From Eubacteriales bacterium (GTDB lineage Bacteria > Bacillota > Clostridia > Oscillospirales > CAG-382), in assembly GCA_045653405.1 (NCBI GenBank), contig JAZOLW010000077.1, positions 1 through 37,273 on the forward strand: a stretch of DNA of 37,273 bases, given 5' to 3'. Position numbers and translations under genes: made by a program. Within the stretch, counting starts at the first letter, position 1. Each line of letters opens with the position of its first letter. The notes under the pieces are model-generated. The model did no database searches and was not told the DNA's origin. It saw nothing but the letters and a program-made list of their open reading frames with translations. Below are positions 34,962 through 37,273 of this stretch, in pieces.

Positions 34962-34979
34962 ATTATAGCACATTTGTTC
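34962..34979 (-). promoter_or_regulatory. Extended -10 promoter abutted by a LexA-box-like site
   Basis: The minus strand reads GAACAAATGTGC|TATAAT, i.e. TGc-TATAAT (an extended -10). The 12-mer immediately upstream (34979-34968) has one mismatch to GAAC-N4-GTTC. Confidence 0.4.
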
Positions 34980-35054
34980 TGTTTTATATACATGGGTTGT
35001 TTGAATATTAAGTAAATGATTTGTGAAAATAGGGGTGTCTGTTTTTCGGAACAT

Positions 35055-35083
35055 TTGACAAATATACAATCAAACACTATAAT
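35055..35083 (+). promoter_or_regulatory. Perfect-consensus sigma-A promoter
   Basis: TTGACA (35055-35060), exactly 17 nt, TATAAT (35078-35083), 39 nt upstream of the ATG at 35122. Confidence 0.65.
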
Positions 35084-35121
35084 TGTAGTATAACAGTATT
35101 CAAAATATTTTTGGAGTAATT

Positions 35122-35289
35122 ATGTTTATCAAATTATACGATAAAGTAAAATTGAAAAATGGAAAGACAGCATATATTGTTGAGATATATGAACAAGGTA
35201 TTGCTTATGAAGCAGATATCGAAGAAGCTGGCGAAACCGTGACAGATACTATCACTCACAGTGAAATTCTCTCAGTTACAGACACCTGA
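35122..35289 (+). CDS. Small DUF4926-like protein (55 aa; below the ORF-track cut-off)
   Basis: MFIKLYDKVKLKNGKTAYIVEIYEQGIAYEADIEEAGETVTDTITHSEILSVTDT. The GGAG RBS is 5 nt upstream. The pattern hydrophobic-D-x-V...G-x-x-G-x-I-V-E-[IV]-Y...AYE-x-[DE] matches my memory of the DUF4926 family. Confidence 0.5.
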   Translation: MFIKLYDKVKLKNGKTAYIVEIYEQGIAYEADIEEAGETVTDTITHSEILSVTDT

Positions 35290-35342
35290 ATAAACTTCAT
35301 AAACTGTAAAATAAACAGATAAATCTGTCAAGGAGTGAAACA

Positions 35343-35471
35343 ATGTTAGTTGATTATCCCTTAGAATGGCAAAAATACTTACTTCCAAACAGAATCAGAA
35401 CTTTTTCAAAAGATACACCGAAAGAAATAATTGAAAAGCGAAAGATATCAATAGAGCAATATACGAAATAG
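35343..35471 (+). CDS. 42-aa hypothetical protein (possibly a gene fragment)
   Basis: MLVDYPLEWQKYLLPNRIRTFSKDTPKEIIEKRKISIEQYTK. The AGGAG RBS is 7 nt upstream, and the ORF is followed by the terminator at 35530. Confidence 0.35.
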   Translation: MLVDYPLEWQKYLLPNRIRTFSKDTPKEIIEKRKISIEQYTK

Positions 35472-35529
35472 GAAAAAATATTTTTTTATTTTGAATATGA
35501 AAACGAACCACTTATATAAACCTATACTA

Positions 35530-35558
35530 CAAGGTCGCACTATGCGGCCTTGTTTTTT
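35530..35558 (+). terminator. Intrinsic terminator of the small plus-strand operon
   Basis: CAAGGTCGCA-CTA-TGCGGCCTTG (10 bp including one G-U) followed by TTTTTT. Confidence 0.6.
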
Positions 35559-35560
35559 AC

Positions 35561-35595
35561 AAAAAAATACAGAGACTGCATCTTGCAATCTCTGT
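35561..35595 (-). terminator. Intrinsic terminator of the SIMPL/163-aa operon
   Basis: Minus strand ACAGAGATTGCA-AGA-TGCAGTCTCTGT (12 bp including one G-U) followed by ATTTTTTT, 9 nt after the stop at 35604. Confidence 0.7.
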
Positions 35596-35603
35596 TAAAA
35601 TAT

Positions 35604-36095
35604 TTACTGCTTATCCTTCGCGTTGGGAAATAGTCTTTTGAATTCTTCTTCAATTTCTTCATCGGACATTTTTGCAAATTCGGGAGTAATCGGAATAGGT
35701 CTGTCATCACATATATATTTACCAGAACGTGACACGATTTTATAAACATAGTAAACGAATTCATCGAGCAAAATAAGATTATATTTTTCAAAGTAATATA
35801 TTATATCTGTCGTCCACTTGTATTCTCCGTCAGAAAGCAACAGCCATTCCCCTTTAATGGGCTTCCCGGTAAAAATATCTCTGGCACCACCACACAAGGC
35901 TGCAATATGCTTACCTCTACGCAAGTGTTCCAATATATCTTCTTTATACGGATTTACGGTTGTTGAGATGTTATCTTTAATTGAACCAACCTTTGAATTC
36001 TTGATGTATTCACTATATATATTCAATGACTTTAAATTTTTGTGAGCGATATCTGAACTCAAAAACTTATTGCTTTTGCTTTTCAACACCACCAA
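35604..36095 (-). CDS. Hypothetical protein, no family recognised
   Basis: 163 aa with a TTG/GTG start after GGAG. Soluble, with no TM helix or signal peptide. It has a conserved-looking core (HIAALCGGARDIFTGKPIKGEWLLLSDGEYKWTTDIIYYFEKYNLILLDEFVYYV) and an acidic C-terminus. Confidence 0.6.
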   Translation of the reverse strand: MVVLKSKSNKFLSSDIAHKNLKSLNIYSEYIKNSKVGSIKDNISTTVNPYKEDILEHLRRGKHIAALCGGARDIFTGKPIKGEWLLLSDGEYKWTTDIIYYFEKYNLILLDEFVYYVYKIVSRSGKYICDDRPIPITPEFAKMSDEEIEEEFKRLFPNAKDKQ

Positions 36096-36166
36096 AACAT
36101 CTCCGTATTTCGTTTCTATTATTGTAATACTTTGATATATTAATTATAACTTGCATTTTTTCAAAA

Positions 36167-36790
36167 CTATTCAATAATCCATATTACATCAATACTTTTT
36201 TCTATCAATACAGTATCCGGTGAAAGCAACTCAGAGAGACTGGGCACAGCATTGATGTCTCCACGCAAATAATGCACAGATTGATTAATGTCCTCTATAT
36301 CTGCGTATTCATCACATTTTGCACTTTCAATTCCTATTATCTTTTTGCCTAATGATTCAGCAATAGCTTCGGCTTTGTTTTTCGAGTTAAGTAATGCATC
36401 CTGTAAGACGCTGCTTTTAAATTTTTCCATATCGGATAATACAAAGCTCTCATCGTAAACTGCACGAATTTCTTCTTTTACAATTCCATCTTTTAATAAT
36501 TCCAACAAAGACAGATTTACCTGCGATGTAAATGTTAATTTCTTTTTAAAACGGTATAAATTATCGTCATCATAATTTCCTGGTGCCGATACTCTGTCGG
36601 CTTCAACAAAGACATCTGAAAGGTTTATGCCAACTCCTTGTAATAGTTTCAATATTTTTTCCGTATCACTTTTACCTTTTTTTATTGCAATAGCAGCTGA
36701 TTCTCCCACACCTGTAACAGTTATATACACTTTCATTACATCTGCATTAAATTTCTTCTTAGCTATCCCATTAATTTTAATTTGAGCCAT
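36167..36790 (-). CDS. SIMPL-domain (DUF541) protein without a signal peptide
   Basis: 207 aa. The beginning (I.I.G.....NADVMKVYITVTG.GESAA.A) and the alternating beta/alpha pattern with a central helix (SVLQDALLNSKNKAEAIAESLGKKI) fit the SIMPL/DUF541 fold. Strong RBS AGGAGG. Confidence 0.6.
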   Translation of the reverse strand: MAQIKINGIAKKKFNADVMKVYITVTGVGESAAIAIKKGKSDTEKILKLLQGVGINLSDVFVEADRVSAPGNYDDDNLYRFKKKLTFTSQVNLSLLELLKDGIVKEEIRAVYDESFVLSDMEKFKSSVLQDALLNSKNKAEAIAESLGKKIIGIESAKCDEYADIEDINQSVHYLRGDINAVPSLSELLSPDTVLIEKSIDVIWIIE

Positions 36791-36836
36791 AATTAAACCT
36801 CCTGAACTCTATTTTGTATTCTTATTATAGCAAAAC

Positions 36837-36860
36837 AAGAGTCCTAAAAAACGGACTCTT
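36837..36860 (-). terminator. Hairpin between the tRNA region and the SIMPL gene
   Basis: AAGAGTCC / GGACTCTT 8-bp stem with an 8-nt loop. On the minus strand it is followed by GTTTTGC and then by TGcTATAAT, the probable promoter of the SIMPL gene. Confidence 0.5.
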
Positions 36861-36895
36861 ATAAAAATATACACAAAAAATAAAGTTTAAAAAAT

Positions 36896-36932
36896 AACCA
36901 AGCACTCTCTTAGCGCGGATGACGGGACACGG
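36896..36932 (-). pseudogene. Degenerate duplicate of the tRNA-Leu 3' end plus the first half of its terminator
   Basis: Minus strand CCGT/GTCCCGTCATCCGCGCTAAGAGAGTGCTTGGTT aligns with the tRNA-Leu 3' region CCGTATGGGTTCAAGTCCCATCATCCGCACCAAGAGAGTACTTCGGT, with a 10-nt deletion and about 5 substitutions. It cannot fold as a tRNA. Confidence 0.55.
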
Positions 36933-37002
36933 CTCTTCGCATACTAACTGCTCGCCGCAGCAATGCCTGCTCTTTTGTCATGTATAATGTTTATAAACAC
37001 AA

Positions 37003-37030
37003 ACAAAAAGAGAGTACCGAAGTACTCTCT
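37003..37030 (-). terminator. Intrinsic terminator of the rRNA/tRNA operon
   Basis: Minus strand AGAGAGTAC-TTCG-GTACTCTCT followed by TTTTGTTTG, directly after the CCA end of tRNA-Leu. Confidence 0.65.
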
Positions 37031-37115
37031 TGGTGCGGATGATGGGACTTGAACCCATACGGAGAAATCCACACGCCCCTCAAACGTGCGCGTCTGCCAG
37101 TTCCGCCACATCCGC
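37031..37115 (-). tRNA. tRNA-Leu (anticodon GAG), type II with a long variable arm and encoded CCA
   Basis: Manual fold: acceptor GCGGATG/CATCCGC; D stem GCG/CGC; anticodon stem CACGT/GCGTG with loop TTGAGGG (anticodon GAG); variable arm GGA-TTTC-TCC; T arm ATGGG-TTCAAGT-CCCAT; discriminator A plus CCA. Confidence 0.93.
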
Positions 37116-37144
37116 AAAGAAGATGTTTTCCTCAATTGAGGAGT

Positions 37145-37260
<116 letters not shown>

Positions 37261-37273
37261 TACCGTAAGCATT

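Noticed and set aside
35049-35060. GAACATTTGACA overlapping the -35 of the DUF4926-like operon, as a second LexA box
   Set aside because: Only the GAAC half-site matches. The second half (GACA) shares one position with GTTC, which is indistinguishable from chance.
35540-35791. 83-aa minus-strand ORF, and a 33-aa plus-strand ORF (35506 onward) crossing the back-to-back terminators
   Set aside because: Neither has an RBS. They run through two intrinsic terminator hairpins or sit out of frame inside the better-supported 163-aa gene.
36944-37135. 63-aa minus-strand ORF (MRKTSSLRMWRNWQTRTFEG...)
   Set aside because: It is a read-through of the tRNA-Leu gene and its terminator. The WRNWQTR-type translation is typical of tRNA sequence, so it is not a protein gene.
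37129-37142. 14-nt perfect palindrome TCCTCAATTGAGGA between 5S rRNA and tRNA-Leu
   Set aside because: It is most simply a spacer processing hairpin of the rRNA-tRNA precursor. Nothing suggests a separate element.

Overview
Chromosomal segment of a Firmicutes/Clostridia-type genome. Supporting markers are GAAC-N4-GTTC LexA boxes, an infC-rpmI-rplT operon with an L20-leader-like attenuator and an ATA start, RNase J, YmdB, a DnaD-domain protein and Gram-positive RBSs. About 36 protein genes are present and most are housekeeping. From left to right: an aminotransferase 3' end, nagB, two decayed sugar-phosphate isomerase genes, a GH99-like/WbsX protein, infC-rpmI-rplT, a Cof-type HAD with xpt, rsmA, an orphan peptide-binding lipoprotein, an S1-domain protein and an MFS transporter. 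These are followed by ymdB, a membrane-anchored unknown, a tRNA(m6A37)-type methyltransferase, lexA-comFC, ftsK, a ComEC-type MBL hydrolase, a D-Ala-D-Ala carboxypeptidase, ttcA, a heterodimeric ABC exporter, two CobW/COG0523-like genes, rnj, a DnaD-domain protein, a YhaN-like SMC-type ATPase and an EamA transporter. The right edge carries the 3' end of a minus-strand rRNA operon (5S rRNA, tRNA-Leu(GAG)). I saw no CRISPR array and no transposase or integrase ORF. Four things deserve a second look. (1) A roughly 2.5-kb low-GC islet (34.3-36.9 kb) lies between the EamA gene and tRNA-Leu. It has six small or unknown ORFs in three self-contained transcription units, including a holin-like membrane-protein pair behind a LexA-box-like operator, and it sits beside a degenerate duplicate of the tRNA-Leu 3' end. 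(2) The CobW-like pair is unusual: the first protein carries three tandem His/Cys-rich repeats, and the second appears to fuse a degenerate G3E GTPase domain to a DUF1980-like CCxxD domain. (3) Tandem hairpin repeats with compensatory substitutions follow ftsK. (4) A compact three-way-junction structure lies in the leader of the methyltransferase gene. All family assignments come from reading the translations by eye; no database search was run.
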